A stretch of DNA of 62,362 nucleotides. Origin: a virus. Its lineage: Duplodnaviria; Caudoviricetes. Under the pieces are notes generated by a model. That model was not told the DNA's origin, made no database searches, and worked only from the letters and a program-made list of their open reading frames with translations. Shown in pieces: positions 20,112-29,322 of this stretch. The stretch is taken from positions 1 to 62,362 of IMG/VR virus record IMGVR_UViG_3300009146_000015. The stretch is one strand, 5' to 3'. Both the position numbers and the translations under genes were made by a program. How positions within the stretch are numbered: position 1 is the stretch's first letter; every line of letters starts with the position of its first letter.

Positions 20112-21107
20112 CTACACCTTGATGACAATCGCTTCCGCGATCGCGATGCTGTCGAGAACCTTCCAGCCGTAGATCTGCAAGCCACGAAGCAGGGTCGAGA
20201 AGCTGAGCTCGGAGCGCATCGTCTCGACGTTGGTGAACTGCGACGCGAAGGTCAGACCGTGCGAGGTACCGGCATAGAACGGCTGCTCGCCAGCGGCGAG
20301 CGCGGGCGGGCCGGTCACCGGACCACGGGGCAGGAGGTTGGAGACGTAGATGGTGGCGCGGTCGATCTGCCCGATGCGGCCGTTGCGGAGCGGCGACACG
20401 CTGTCACCGGTCAGGTAAGCCTGACGGAGCTCGGACTGCTTGAGCATCATCGCGGCCCAGGCCGGGATAACCACCCAGCGCCCACTCTCCGGGATGTTCT
20501 GCTCGTCGAGGATCTGCATCAGCCGCAGGATGACGTCGAGGATCTCGACCTGGCCGGTGGTCGGCGACCGGGCGACGACGGCAAGCGGCGTGCCGGTGAC
20601 ACCAAGGTTGACGTCGCCGGAGATCATGCCGGCGGCAATGCCGCGGTTCTTGGCGTGGGCTTTTCCGAGCAGGTCGAGGAGGACCGCGCGGTCGACCACG
20701 ATCTTCATCTGCTCGCCAGCGTCGTCAGACCAGATGTCGAGCAGGTTGATGTCGGACTGGATCCGCATCACGTCGTCGAGGGCGAGGTTGAAGTAGTCGC
20801 CCTTGTCGATCAGCAGCTCGACATTGCCACCTTCCGGACGGTCGATGGTGAGCAGGCCGTCAGCCCGGTACGGCCGAATGGTGATGGTCGGCTTGGTGCG
20901 GATGATAACCTTGTCGCCCTGCGACTTGATCTCGCCCTCGTAGTCGGTGTTCGAGATCGCCGCGAGCACGGTGCTCGCATAGAACTTCTCGATCAGCTTG
21001 CCCGACCAGATTTCCGGGATGAACTTGTTGGCAGAAAGCGCGTTGGCAGTCGAACCGACCGGCCAAAGCGGAGGTGTGGTACCAGCACCTGCTACTGGGA
21101 ATGCCAT
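20112..21107 (-). CDS. Major capsid protein (HK97 fold)
   Basis: FIPEIWSGKL..TDYEGEIKSQGDKVII..RGLQIYGWKVL; follows the scaffold gene. Confidence 0.88.
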   Translation of the reverse strand: MAFPVAGAGTTPPLWPVGSTANALSANKFIPEIWSGKLIEKFYASTVLAAISNTDYEGEIKSQGDKVIIRTKPTITIRPYRADGLLTIDRPEGGNVELLIDKGDYFNLALDDVMRIQSDINLLDIWSDDAGEQMKIVVDRAVLLDLLGKAHAKNRGIAAGMISGDVNLGVTGTPLAVVARSPTTGQVEILDVILRLMQILDEQNIPESGRWVVIPAWAAMMLKQSELRQAYLTGDSVSPLRNGRIGQIDRATIYVSNLLPRGPVTGPPALAAGEQPFYAGTSHGLTFASQFTNVETMRSELSFSTLLRGLQIYGWKVLDSIAIAEAIVIKV

Positions 21108-21153
21108 TTCCTTGGCTCCGGGTTAGCCCCTCGCGGGACGACCCGGAGGAGCG

Positions 21154-22149
21154 CTAAACGATACGACCCTCGTTTGCAGCGAGGATGATTTCGGCGTCGT
21201 TCTCCAGCTTCTCCGCTTCCCGGCCGCGGTATTTGCCTGCGGCCACGTCGGCATAGAACTGGGTAATCTGCTGTCGGGTGATGACTGGCTTGTCAGCGGG
21301 CGTTGGACCCGGTGCCGCTGGGCTGGCTCTGCCTGGTGCCGCGAGACTTTCGAGCGGGATCTTGGCAGGCTGCGGCGTGGCCGACCCATTGGTCGGTGCT
21401 GGCGGCGTACCGTTTCCCGGCGAAGGCGGAGACCCTGCAGCCTCTTCAGCCACAAAAGCCTTGAAGAAGTTCAGCACGCGAGCGGTCTGATTGCTCGTGT
21501 AGGCTGACTTCAACAACTCATGCCGTATAACACCGGAAAAAGCGTCAGGCAACGCCAACCACGACAGAAACTTGTCGTCGTAGTTGATCGTCCGCCACTC
21601 GGGCATCGCCTCGTCAAGCTGCGATTTCATCTTCTCCCGCGCATCGGTAACCACCGCGGTCTGCACCGTGCCGACGCCAGCGCTCAACTCGTTGAGCTGA
21701 CGCTGGATCTTGAACATCTCGGAGGCTAGTTCCTCGCGGGCTTTCTTGCCGACGACGCTCAGGAACTCCGACCCGTACTCCTCTTCTTCCTCTGGGGTCA
21801 CCAGCTTGGCCGGCGGCGCCGGTTGCGGCTGCGGCTGGGGGCGCTGGGGCTGCGGCTGCGCCGGACGCTGCGCCTCAAGTGCCGCCAGCCGGGCTGCGAG
21901 AGTTTTCCGTTCACTCTCGGCTTTGGCGAGCCGACCCTCGGTCGACCTCAGCTTGTGCTCCATATCCGTTTCTGGTGTCGGGGCAGGAGCAGGAGGCGTT
22001 GGCGGGGTTTCGGCTGGCGGCGCTTCAGGCGCCTCGCCGGCTGCTTCCTTCCGCATCGCCTCCTGCAGCGCCAGGGCGCGCTGGGTGGCGGCGACGACGG
22101 CAGCGGGCAGGCGGACGTTGGTATCGACGGGGGCTATCTGGACGGCCAT
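21154..22149 (-). CDS. Capsid scaffolding protein
   Basis: Coiled coil, Pro-rich linkers, C-terminal EIILAANEGRIV; directly upstream of the capsid gene. Confidence 0.75.
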   Translation of the reverse strand: MAVQIAPVDTNVRLPAAVVAATQRALALQEAMRKEAAGEAPEAPPAETPPTPPAPAPTPETDMEHKLRSTEGRLAKAESERKTLAARLAALEAQRPAQPQPQRPQPQPQPAPPAKLVTPEEEEEYGSEFLSVVGKKAREELASEMFKIQRQLNELSAGVGTVQTAVVTDAREKMKSQLDEAMPEWRTINYDDKFLSWLALPDAFSGVIRHELLKSAYTSNQTARVLNFFKAFVAEEAAGSPPSPGNGTPPAPTNGSATPQPAKIPLESLAAPGRASPAAPGPTPADKPVITRQQITQFYADVAAGKYRGREAEKLENDAEIILAANEGRIV

Positions 22150-22418
22150 GGGGTTTTCTCGATTGCTGGTTTGGCTTTACGCAAACGCTCGACGTTCTCG
22201 ACGGTCCTGCGGGCGTCGGCCAGCAGGTTGAAAATGTACTGCGCCTGCACGGCTTGACCCTGGAAATTGGACAGGGTGGCTGGCTCCGATGCAACCAGCT
22301 TCTTCACCGCCTCGGCGACGTAGGCGTCGAACGCCTTGATGAACTCCTCCCACTCACGCGGCGCGGCAGAAGAGAGCTGGAAGGCGGTAACCACCAGCCC
22401 TTCTGTAACCGACGCCAT
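22134..22418 (-). CDS. Small head-assembly-region protein
   Basis: Helical 94-aa protein (FQGQAV) between portal and scaffold. Confidence 0.6.
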   Translation of the reverse strand: MASVTEGLVVTAFQLSSAAPREWEEFIKAFDAYVAEAVKKLVASEPATLSNFQGQAVQAQYIFNLLADARRTVENVERLRKAKPAIEKTPWPSR

Positions 22419-22658
22419 CTAGGCCGGCGTCTGGTTCTTGGCGGTGTTCTTGCCGCTCATCTTGCCAGAGCCGCCACCGCTGGCGAACCTGCCGCCGCCG
22501 CGACCCATCTGTGCCGACTGGCCGGGGGTCTGAGGTCCCGCCGAGTTCTTGCCCGACATCTTGTGTCCGCCCGCATCGACGAACTTCGGTGAGCTCTTCT
22601 TGGTGGTTTTTCCCTTGGTCGCCGGAGGGGACTTCCCCTTCGCAGGATACTCAGCCAT
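22419..22658 (-). CDS. Small Lys/Gly-rich basic protein
   Basis: AAGGAG RBS; KMSGKN occurs twice. Confidence 0.6.
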   Translation of the reverse strand: MAEYPAKGKSPPATKGKTTKKSSPKFVDAGGHKMSGKNSAGPQTPGQSAQMGRGGGRFASGGGSGKMSGKNTAKNQTPA

Positions 22659-22715
22659 GGATGCGCTCCTTTATCGGGTTGGTTGGTGGTTGATTACGGT
22701 TACTTTACAAAGTAA

Positions 22716-22931
22716 CTAGGGTACCGCGATCAGCGCTGCACGCACCATGGTGCTGAGATCGCCATCGTTGATGTTACGCTGGGTCGGCGAGAATGTCGCC
22801 CCGATGACGAAGCCCATGTCGTGGCGGTTGACCTTGACCATATCGACGGCAGCATGGTTGGCCCGTGCCAGCTTGATGTACTTCTCAAGATCACCATCGT
22901 CGATCTTGTAGGGGATATCGGTGAGCGGCAT
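22716..22931 (-). CDS. Hypothetical protein
   Basis: GGAGG RBS; its N-terminus resembles that of the upstream gene (D(I)..IDDGD(L/Y).K.IK). Confidence 0.6.
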   Translation of the reverse strand: MPLTDIPYKIDDGDLEKYIKLARANHAAVDMVKVNRHDMGFVIGATFSPTQRNINDGDLSTMVRAALIAVP

Positions 22932-22940
22932 GTCTGCCTC

Positions 22941-23510
22941 CTAAGCGGTGGTGAACGACCACGCCGTGGTCGAAGCCTGTGCGGCGACATTGTTGCCAGC
23001 AATGTCGCGCACCACGCCAGCGGTCCAGGTGATGTAATACTCAACCCCCGGTGTCAGCGCCACCGGAGGCCACAGCGAAACCTTGTCGCCGCCGACCAGC
23101 GACGCCTGCCCGATCCCCGGTCCGACATTGGTCGGGATCACCCAGGCAGCCACTGCCGTGCCACCGATCGTCGTCCGCAGTGAAAACTGCCCGACGCCAA
23201 ACACCACCGGCTCGTCGAACGTCACTGCCGGCTTGACGCCGACCGCGACCCCGGTCGCATTGTCGAACGGGTTGAGCACGCTGACCGCCGGCGGCGTGGT
23301 GTCGGTAGCGGCTTCGACCTGAGCGTTGATGATGATCTCGGAAATGTCGTGATCGTCGCAGTTGAGATGAGCCGGCGTAATCGCCAGTACCGTCTCCATC
23401 TGTTTGATCACCTTGGCGTAATCGCCGGTATCGATCGACGTACGCCCCGACCCAGCGACCCTGAGCACCTTCGGGATGTCGTGAAAGTCGATGTCGCGAT
23501 AGATCGGCAT
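22941..23510 (-). CDS. Virion protein with a bacterial Ig-like (SbsA/Big_5-type) domain
   Basis: DTTPPAV..NPFDNATGVAV...VTFDEPV...VRDIAGN...WSFTT. Confidence 0.75.
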   Translation of the reverse strand: MPIYRDIDFHDIPKVLRVAGSGRTSIDTGDYAKVIKQMETVLAITPAHLNCDDHDISEIIINAQVEAATDTTPPAVSVLNPFDNATGVAVGVKPAVTFDEPVVFGVGQFSLRTTIGGTAVAAWVIPTNVGPGIGQASLVGGDKVSLWPPVALTPGVEYYITWTAGVVRDIAGNNVAAQASTTAWSFTTA

Positions 23511-25654
23511 CAGCCTACCCCTCCCGCTACCGTCGGACTGACCCGCGGCCCCATGTCCTCAGTCGCCACCGGGCCCTGCTGCGCGCCCTGCGCCTCCGCC
23601 CCCGCCTGTTCGGGGGAAACCGGACTCGGCACCACACCGCGCGCCATCGCCGCCTCAAGCTGGGCCTGAGCTTCCGCCTCGGCTTCCTGCTGCGCGATCT
23701 CTTCTTCCGAAGGTACAATATTATCGCCATCCATACCAATGGTGTCGGCAACCGAGCGCAGGATGTTGGCACGACCCTTGGTGCCAAGGATCGGCGCGTC
23801 GATCGGGTTGGCAGTGATCTGCAGGAACTCGAGCTGGCGGGAACGCTGGGTCTCGCGCTGCACCGCGACGTTCACCCCCTTGACCTGGATTTTCTCGTTG
23901 CCGTTGAACACCCCGGTGGTGTCGGTCAGCATCAAGAGATCATAGAGGTAGCTGAGCATCTGCTCCATGATATCGCCGTCGATATTAGCGGCAACCGTCT
24001 GCAGGATCTTCGACGCGTTGCCCATCAGCATGGCCAGCCCGGCGGCAGTGCGCCCGGCGCCGGCCCCGGCTCCCTGCCCGCTCAGGTACTTCGGGATGGC
24101 GCTCAGATCGTCGGCAATGGCATTGAAGCGTTCGTAGATCGCCAGCAGGTCCTGAGCATTACTGTTGGGCTGAAAGAACGAGATGGGGGCTTGCGTGTTG
24201 TTGCCCATCGGGTCGGAATTGACGTGCCAGCGCTTCCACGGATAAAGGTCCTCGCCGTCCTCGCCCGGTGACAATCGATCGTCGGTGACCACCACCTGCG
24301 GGCCTGAAGCAATACTGAGGTTGTTAACCAGCGCCCGAAGCGTTGCTGCCGCCACGTCCTCGATATCGGCCAGGATATCAGGCAACCCGTTGCCTACCGG
24401 CGTTCCGGGCACCTTCTCGAAGCTGGTGACGAAGTAGTTGTGACGCTGGCGCGGGCTCGGGTTCATCGTGCATTTGATGACGTGCGTCCCGATCAGGTAG
24501 AGCTCGACCTTGTAGTCGCGCATCGGGTCGCTGACCCCCTGCATGCCCCAGTCGATCAGCATCCTGCCCTGAATGTTACCGTTGAAAGTAAGGTAATTGA
24601 GCATCCCCGAGCGGTTATACCTCGGGTTCTCCCGGTTCTCCTGGATCGCCCGCTCGGCGTCGTAGCTGTCCCAGTCGTCGGCAATGCCGCCGCGCCCGTA
24701 CTCGTCGAGCACCGCTTGCACTTCGTCGTGCATGTACCCCGGCAGGTCGAGGCAGTCGTTGAGCTCGGCGCGGGTGATCCGCCCGCGTTCGATGACGTCG
24801 GCATGCTCGACGGTGCGCGCGCCCGGCGTCCAGTAGACGTCGAAGGGCGACAGGCGCTCCCACTGCATCTTGGGAACCTGCTTGGTCGCCGAGACGCCAT
24901 CAGTGCCCCACACCACCTGCGGCATGATCCGCACCACCGGCCCCTTGAGCACGCAGTAAGGAAACAATGGGATGTCGACCACCAGCTCGGCCAGAGCGTG
25001 GTAGAACCCGCCCTCCTGCAGCAGCTCCTCGATCCGCTTCTCGGCAGCTGTCGCCCGCTTCTGCGCCTTCTTGGTTTCAGCTTTCTTCGCCTCCGCCATC
25101 AGCCCTTCGACGCGGGTCTTGATCTGCAGCGGCTCGACCGACTGACCGGCAGCCGCCACCGTGTCGAGCTCGACCTCGACCAGCCGTTTGATGTGCTCGA
25201 TCATATCCTGCGGGATATCCGGATCGGCCGGCGGCGCCAGCCCCCACGGCTTATCCGGCGACAGGTACACGTCGCGGAGCAGCGAACTGGCGCCGCGGCA
25301 TTTCATTGCGATGATGCGGGGATACACCTCGCTGCCACCGAACTGCCTGATCTGCTGCAGCTTGCTGGGGTGGTACTCACCGTTGAAAGTGCGGAGCGCG
25401 CTGATCAGCCGCGCCGACCAGCCGCCACTGACCATGTCGCGATGGGTGCGGAACATGTCGTAGAGCCCGCGGACGTAACCCGCCAGGCTGGTCATGGTCT
25501 GAACGTTCTTGCCGGCCTTGGCGTAGCTCTCAGCCTTGAGCTTGTCCTGCGCCTGCAGCTGCTGCTCGTACTGACCCGGGGGGACGACCCGGACTGCACC
25601 GCGACTGGGATGTGAGTAGGCTGGTGCTAATGGGATCGGCAGCGCCGCGGCCAT
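23510..25654 (-). CDS. Portal protein (P22/T7-like)
   Basis: 714 aa; KGPVVR, FEKVPGTPVGNGLPD, RTAAGLAMLMGNASK; first gene of the head operon. Confidence 0.85.
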   Translation of the reverse strand: MAAALPIPLAPAYSHPSRGAVRVVPPGQYEQQLQAQDKLKAESYAKAGKNVQTMTSLAGYVRGLYDMFRTHRDMVSGGWSARLISALRTFNGEYHPSKLQQIRQFGGSEVYPRIIAMKCRGASSLLRDVYLSPDKPWGLAPPADPDIPQDMIEHIKRLVEVELDTVAAAGQSVEPLQIKTRVEGLMAEAKKAETKKAQKRATAAEKRIEELLQEGGFYHALAELVVDIPLFPYCVLKGPVVRIMPQVVWGTDGVSATKQVPKMQWERLSPFDVYWTPGARTVEHADVIERGRITRAELNDCLDLPGYMHDEVQAVLDEYGRGGIADDWDSYDAERAIQENRENPRYNRSGMLNYLTFNGNIQGRMLIDWGMQGVSDPMRDYKVELYLIGTHVIKCTMNPSPRQRHNYFVTSFEKVPGTPVGNGLPDILADIEDVAAATLRALVNNLSIASGPQVVVTDDRLSPGEDGEDLYPWKRWHVNSDPMGNNTQAPISFFQPNSNAQDLLAIYERFNAIADDLSAIPKYLSGQGAGAGAGRTAAGLAMLMGNASKILQTVAANIDGDIMEQMLSYLYDLLMLTDTTGVFNGNEKIQVKGVNVAVQRETQRSRQLEFLQITANPIDAPILGTKGRANILRSVADTIGMDGDNIVPSEEEIAQQEAEAEAQAQLEAAMARGVVPSPVSPEQAGAEAQGAQQGPVATEDMGPRVSPTVAGGVG

Positions 25655-25681
25655 GGCGTCTCGCTTCTCGCTGTTTGCCGA

Positions 25682-25710
25682 GCTATACTAGCTTTACCCA
25701 ACCCGTCAAG
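25682..25710 (-). promoter_or_regulatory. Putative sigma70-type promoter of the structural operon
   Basis: Minus strand reads CTTGACG-N16-TATAGC, about 27 nt before the portal ATG. Confidence 0.5.
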
Positions 25711-25725
25711 CAGCGGACTCACGCA

Positions 25726-26328
25726 ATGTTGCCGATTTTACAACGGGATACCGACCTAATCAGGTTGGCACGCGAAATTGCCATCGACCACTACGATATC
25801 GAAGATGTACTCGATCGGTATCAGTTGAGTTATGACGCGTGGGGATGGTTGTGCGTGTACCCACGGTTTGCTACATTACTTGCGAACGAAGAGGAAGCGT
25901 GGAAATCGGCGAAAAATACTAAGGAAAGGGTACGGCTCAAGTCGGCGGCAGTGATCGAAGCGTACCTGGAGAGCGCCGCCACGTCGCTGCTCGACAGCAA
26001 GGAAACGCTGGTAGCGAAAACCGGGCTGGCCAAGCTGGTAGCGTCGTTCGCCGGGATCGGCACCGAGGCCGACCACAAGCATGCTGCCGGTGGCAGCGGC
26101 TTCTCGATCACCATCAACCTCGGCGACCGCACCGTGCAGGTCGGCACGGGCAGGGGGTTGCGGTTAGGTGAGGACGAGGACGACGAGGATGAGATGCCGG
26201 ATGGGGAGGATTTGGTGGAGGGAGCGCTCGAAATCGAGGAGTTTGGGGCGATTTCACCGGTTTTTGAGCTCGAAAACCTGCCCGATGTGAACGAAACCGC
26301 GACCGATCTGGCGTCTGATTTGAGCTAA
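25726..26328 (+). CDS. Putative terminase small subunit
   Basis: Upstream of TerL; GSGFSITINLG motif and acidic tail. Confidence 0.6.
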   Translation: MLPILQRDTDLIRLAREIAIDHYDIEDVLDRYQLSYDAWGWLCVYPRFATLLANEEEAWKSAKNTKERVRLKSAAVIEAYLESAATSLLDSKETLVAKTGLAKLVASFAGIGTEADHKHAAGGSGFSITINLGDRTVQVGTGRGLRLGEDEDDEDEMPDGEDLVEGALEIEEFGAISPVFELENLPDVNETATDLASDLS

Positions 26329-26382
26329 AAATGGGGGTTTTGGAAGGTTTTTGGGGATGTTTTTGGGGGTTTCAGGGGGGTT

Positions 26383-27048
26383 TTGGTGACCCGGGACGAG
26401 TATTTCGACCAGCTTGAACTGCCTTTGGCGGTTAGAAATGAGCAAATTGCCTGGGAACGACGTCATACCCTCTTAAGATTGTGGCGGATCAAGGGAATAG
26501 GGTTCAAGGATCTCCTGCCCGTCATGGCGAAACTGGGCAGTAGCGCCAAAACCGTCGAACGGATCCGTAATCTGTGCCGCCGCGCGATCCGCGACGAGAA
26601 CCATCCCGGCTGGAAGCACGGCAGTCCGATCGAGCGCTGGCTCAAACAGCAGACAACACCAAGGGCACTGTATAACGAGCTGCAGGAGGTGCTTAACCCG
26701 AAACCGGTTAAGAAAGTGCGGAAGCGCCCGCCCGGCCCGCGCCCCCCGCGCCGCCTGCCTTACTCGTGGCAGCTGACCTGGCTCAGGCTGCCCAAGTTCG
26801 TCGACATTCCGCTCGATGTGCGACTGCCGGAGGGGTGGGAAGGGCAGGGGCAGGTCATCTACGTACCGCAAGCCGGCACGACGGTGTTCCGGCTGCTATG
26901 CACGACGCCACGCGGCGAGTACTACTGCGATCTCGGCATCGATGACGGCTGGAACGGCTACGCCCATCCACTGTTCGTGAAGGCGCTCGACAAGATCTTC
27001 GAACTGCATTTTGAAGCGTTCATGAAAGACAACGATGCCCGACATTGA
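26383..27048 (+). CDS. Hypothetical protein
   Basis: 221-aa ORF between the terminase subunits, overlapping the TerL start. Confidence 0.55.
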   Translation: MVTRDEYFDQLELPLAVRNEQIAWERRHTLLRLWRIKGIGFKDLLPVMAKLGSSAKTVERIRNLCRRAIRDENHPGWKHGSPIERWLKQQTTPRALYNELQEVLNPKPVKKVRKRPPGPRPPRRLPYSWQLTWLRLPKFVDIPLDVRLPEGWEGQGQVIYVPQAGTTVFRLLCTTPRGEYYCDLGIDDGWNGYAHPLFVKALDKIFELHFEAFMKDNDARH

Positions 27049-28483
27049 TTTCGTACCGCCCCCCACCGTCCGCGATTTCATGCTCAGCGAGGCGTTCTTC
27101 CGGATCATCGCCGGACCGGTCGGCAGCGGGAAAACCACCGGAGTGATGATGGAGCTGCTGCGGCGCTCATGTGAGCAGGCGCCGGCACCGGATGGATTGC
27201 GGTATACACGATGGGCGATCGTGCGAACTACATTAAAACAACTACGTGATACTGTGCTGAAGGATATTACACAGTGGCTGGAACCAATCGTTACTTTCAA
27301 GGTAACCGACAACACGGTTTACATCAGCGCCGGGGATGTACGGTCGGAGTGGCTGCTGATCCCGCTCGAGAACCAGGAGGATCAGAAGCGCCTGCTGTCG
27401 ATGCAGCTGACGGGAGCGTGGTTGAGTGAAGCGATCGAGATCCCGCTGTCGCTGACCGAACCGCTGGCTGGCAGATGCGGGCGGTACCCAGGCGCCAGCA
27501 TGGGCGGCGCGACATGGTTCGGCATGGTGGCGGACACCAATCTGCCGACACTGGGGAGCGACTGGGCGGAGTACATGCTCGACCCCCCGCCCGGCACCGA
27601 CGTTTACGTGCAGCCGTCGGGGTTGAGCGAGGAAGCGGAGAACCTGCCGTGGCTGATGCAAACCCCGGAAACGCTGAAACTGCCAGTCGATGATGAGCGG
27701 CGGATTGCACAGGGGAGAACTTACTACGAACGGCTGGCCCAGTCGCCACTGGGGGATGCGTGGATCGCGCGGTATGTGCGGGCGGAATACGGTGAGGACC
27801 CCAGTGGACTGGCGGTGCACCGCGAAACGTTTCAACTTAATTTCCACGTTTTGGAGAGTGTGGACCCGGTGCAGCAGCAGATGCTGATCATCGGCCAGGA
27901 TTTCGGCCGCAACCCGTGCAGTGTGGTGCTGCAGGTGGACGCGAGGGGGAAGGTGCGGGTGCTGGGGGAGTGCATCGCGGAGGATATTTCGCTGGAATTG
28001 CATATTCAGAAATCGCTTCGACCGATGCTGGCAACAAGGCGGTACGCCGGCCTGCCGGCAGTGGTGGTCGGCGACCCCAGCGGGGCGGCAAAGGATAGCC
28101 TGTACGAGGAAACTTCGTTCGATATGCTGAAGCGGCTCGGGTTCATCGCTTATCCGGCACCGACGAATGATATTGATGCGCGGTTGCGGGCAGTGGATGC
28201 GTTGCTGCTGCAGCAAAGGGAAGGCGGGCCGGCGATCGTGTTCAGCTACGAGCATTGCCCGGTGCTGGTGCGAGCGATGATGGGGGGCTACCGCTACGCC
28301 AAGACCCGGCAGGGGGATACCAAGCCGCTACCCGACAAGAGCGGACCCTACTCCCATCCAGCCGATGCGCTGCAATACGCATGTCTGGCGGTGCACGGAG
28401 GGCTAATGACCCGGATCATAGCGCAGATGGCTCGGGGTCCTCGTCAGAAACGGCCGACGATCCCCGCGGGGGCGTGGACTTAG
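27035..28483 (+). CDS. terL: Terminase large subunit
   Basis: Walker A GPVGSGKT; AWLSE (Walker B-like); nuclease GQDFG...DPSG...SHPADALQY. Confidence 0.92.
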   Translation: MPDIDFVPPPTVRDFMLSEAFFRIIAGPVGSGKTTGVMMELLRRSCEQAPAPDGLRYTRWAIVRTTLKQLRDTVLKDITQWLEPIVTFKVTDNTVYISAGDVRSEWLLIPLENQEDQKRLLSMQLTGAWLSEAIEIPLSLTEPLAGRCGRYPGASMGGATWFGMVADTNLPTLGSDWAEYMLDPPPGTDVYVQPSGLSEEAENLPWLMQTPETLKLPVDDERRIAQGRTYYERLAQSPLGDAWIARYVRAEYGEDPSGLAVHRETFQLNFHVLESVDPVQQQMLIIGQDFGRNPCSVVLQVDARGKVRVLGECIAEDISLELHIQKSLRPMLATRRYAGLPAVVVGDPSGAAKDSLYEETSFDMLKRLGFIAYPAPTNDIDARLRAVDALLLQQREGGPAIVFSYEHCPVLVRAMMGGYRYAKTRQGDTKPLPDKSGPYSHPADALQYACLAVHGGLMTRIIAQMARGPRQKRPTIPAGAWT

Positions 28484-28985
28484 GAGGGGCTGCTGTCAGC
28501 TCCTCGATGTCGACGATACCAAGCTCCGGAGGGGGAGTTTGAGTGGTGGCGGAAACTGAGGGAGCGCGGGTGCCGTCGGGGCGGAGTTCGCCAGAGTTGA
28601 GTTCGGGAACGGGATAGAATGAAGCGAGCGTAGGTTTGCGCTTGCGCGAACGCTTGGGGCGGGTGACGGCAGGGATGAGCACGGACTTGCCCGTGGTGGC
28701 ATCCCAACCCATGGTTGGAGCCGGGCGCGGCACCAGGAATTCGCCAGAGCGCGCGTCGCGCGTGTTCTCGATCACCCACTGCACGATGTCGGCAGTGCGA
28801 TAAAAGATATTTCGCTTGAACTGAAAGTACGGGGGGCCTTCGCCGTTGTTGCGCCAGAGCGCGATGGTCGGGCCGACGACGCCAACCGCACGGCCAAATT
28901 CATCCTCGGTGACGATCCCCAGCAGCGTCCGCACATCGTTGGTTGACATGGGAGCCGGGGGCTTGGGAGCTTTGGGAGTTTTCAT
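28416..28985 (-). CDS. HTH DNA-binding protein (AlpA/excisionase-like N-terminal domain)
   Basis: EFGRAVGV..TIALWRNNGEGPPYF...IFYRTADIVQW. Confidence 0.65.
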   Translation of the reverse strand: MKTPKAPKPPAPMSTNDVRTLLGIVTEDEFGRAVGVVGPTIALWRNNGEGPPYFQFKRNIFYRTADIVQWVIENTRDARSGEFLVPRPAPTMGWDATTGKSVLIPAVTRPKRSRKRKPTLASFYPVPELNSGELRPDGTRAPSVSATTQTPPPELGIVDIEELTAAPPKSTPPRGSSAVSDEDPEPSAL

Positions 28986-29322
28986 GTCCGATCCGTAGCG
29001 GAGGTCATATCTGATTTAGGATAGGTACCGAGTTAATGGGGAGGTGGTCAAGAGGTGAAATGGTGTAGAGACCTACAAGGCTTATGTAATGTATTTGTAA
29101 TTTTGATTTTTGGGGTTTTGTGTTTGCGACTCACCTAAAAGAGGGGGGCGGGGGTGGGTGGGTCTGTCCAAATGGGGGGGGCGGGTCGGCCATTGTTACA
29201 TGTAAAAGTAACATTCTCCCAGATTTGATGGTTACTTTTAGTTGTAACCACGCCAAAAGCCCGATTAAAATTCTGGTATGTAGAGACCGCATTGTGTGGC
29301 TCACAAACGGAGAATGAAAACT

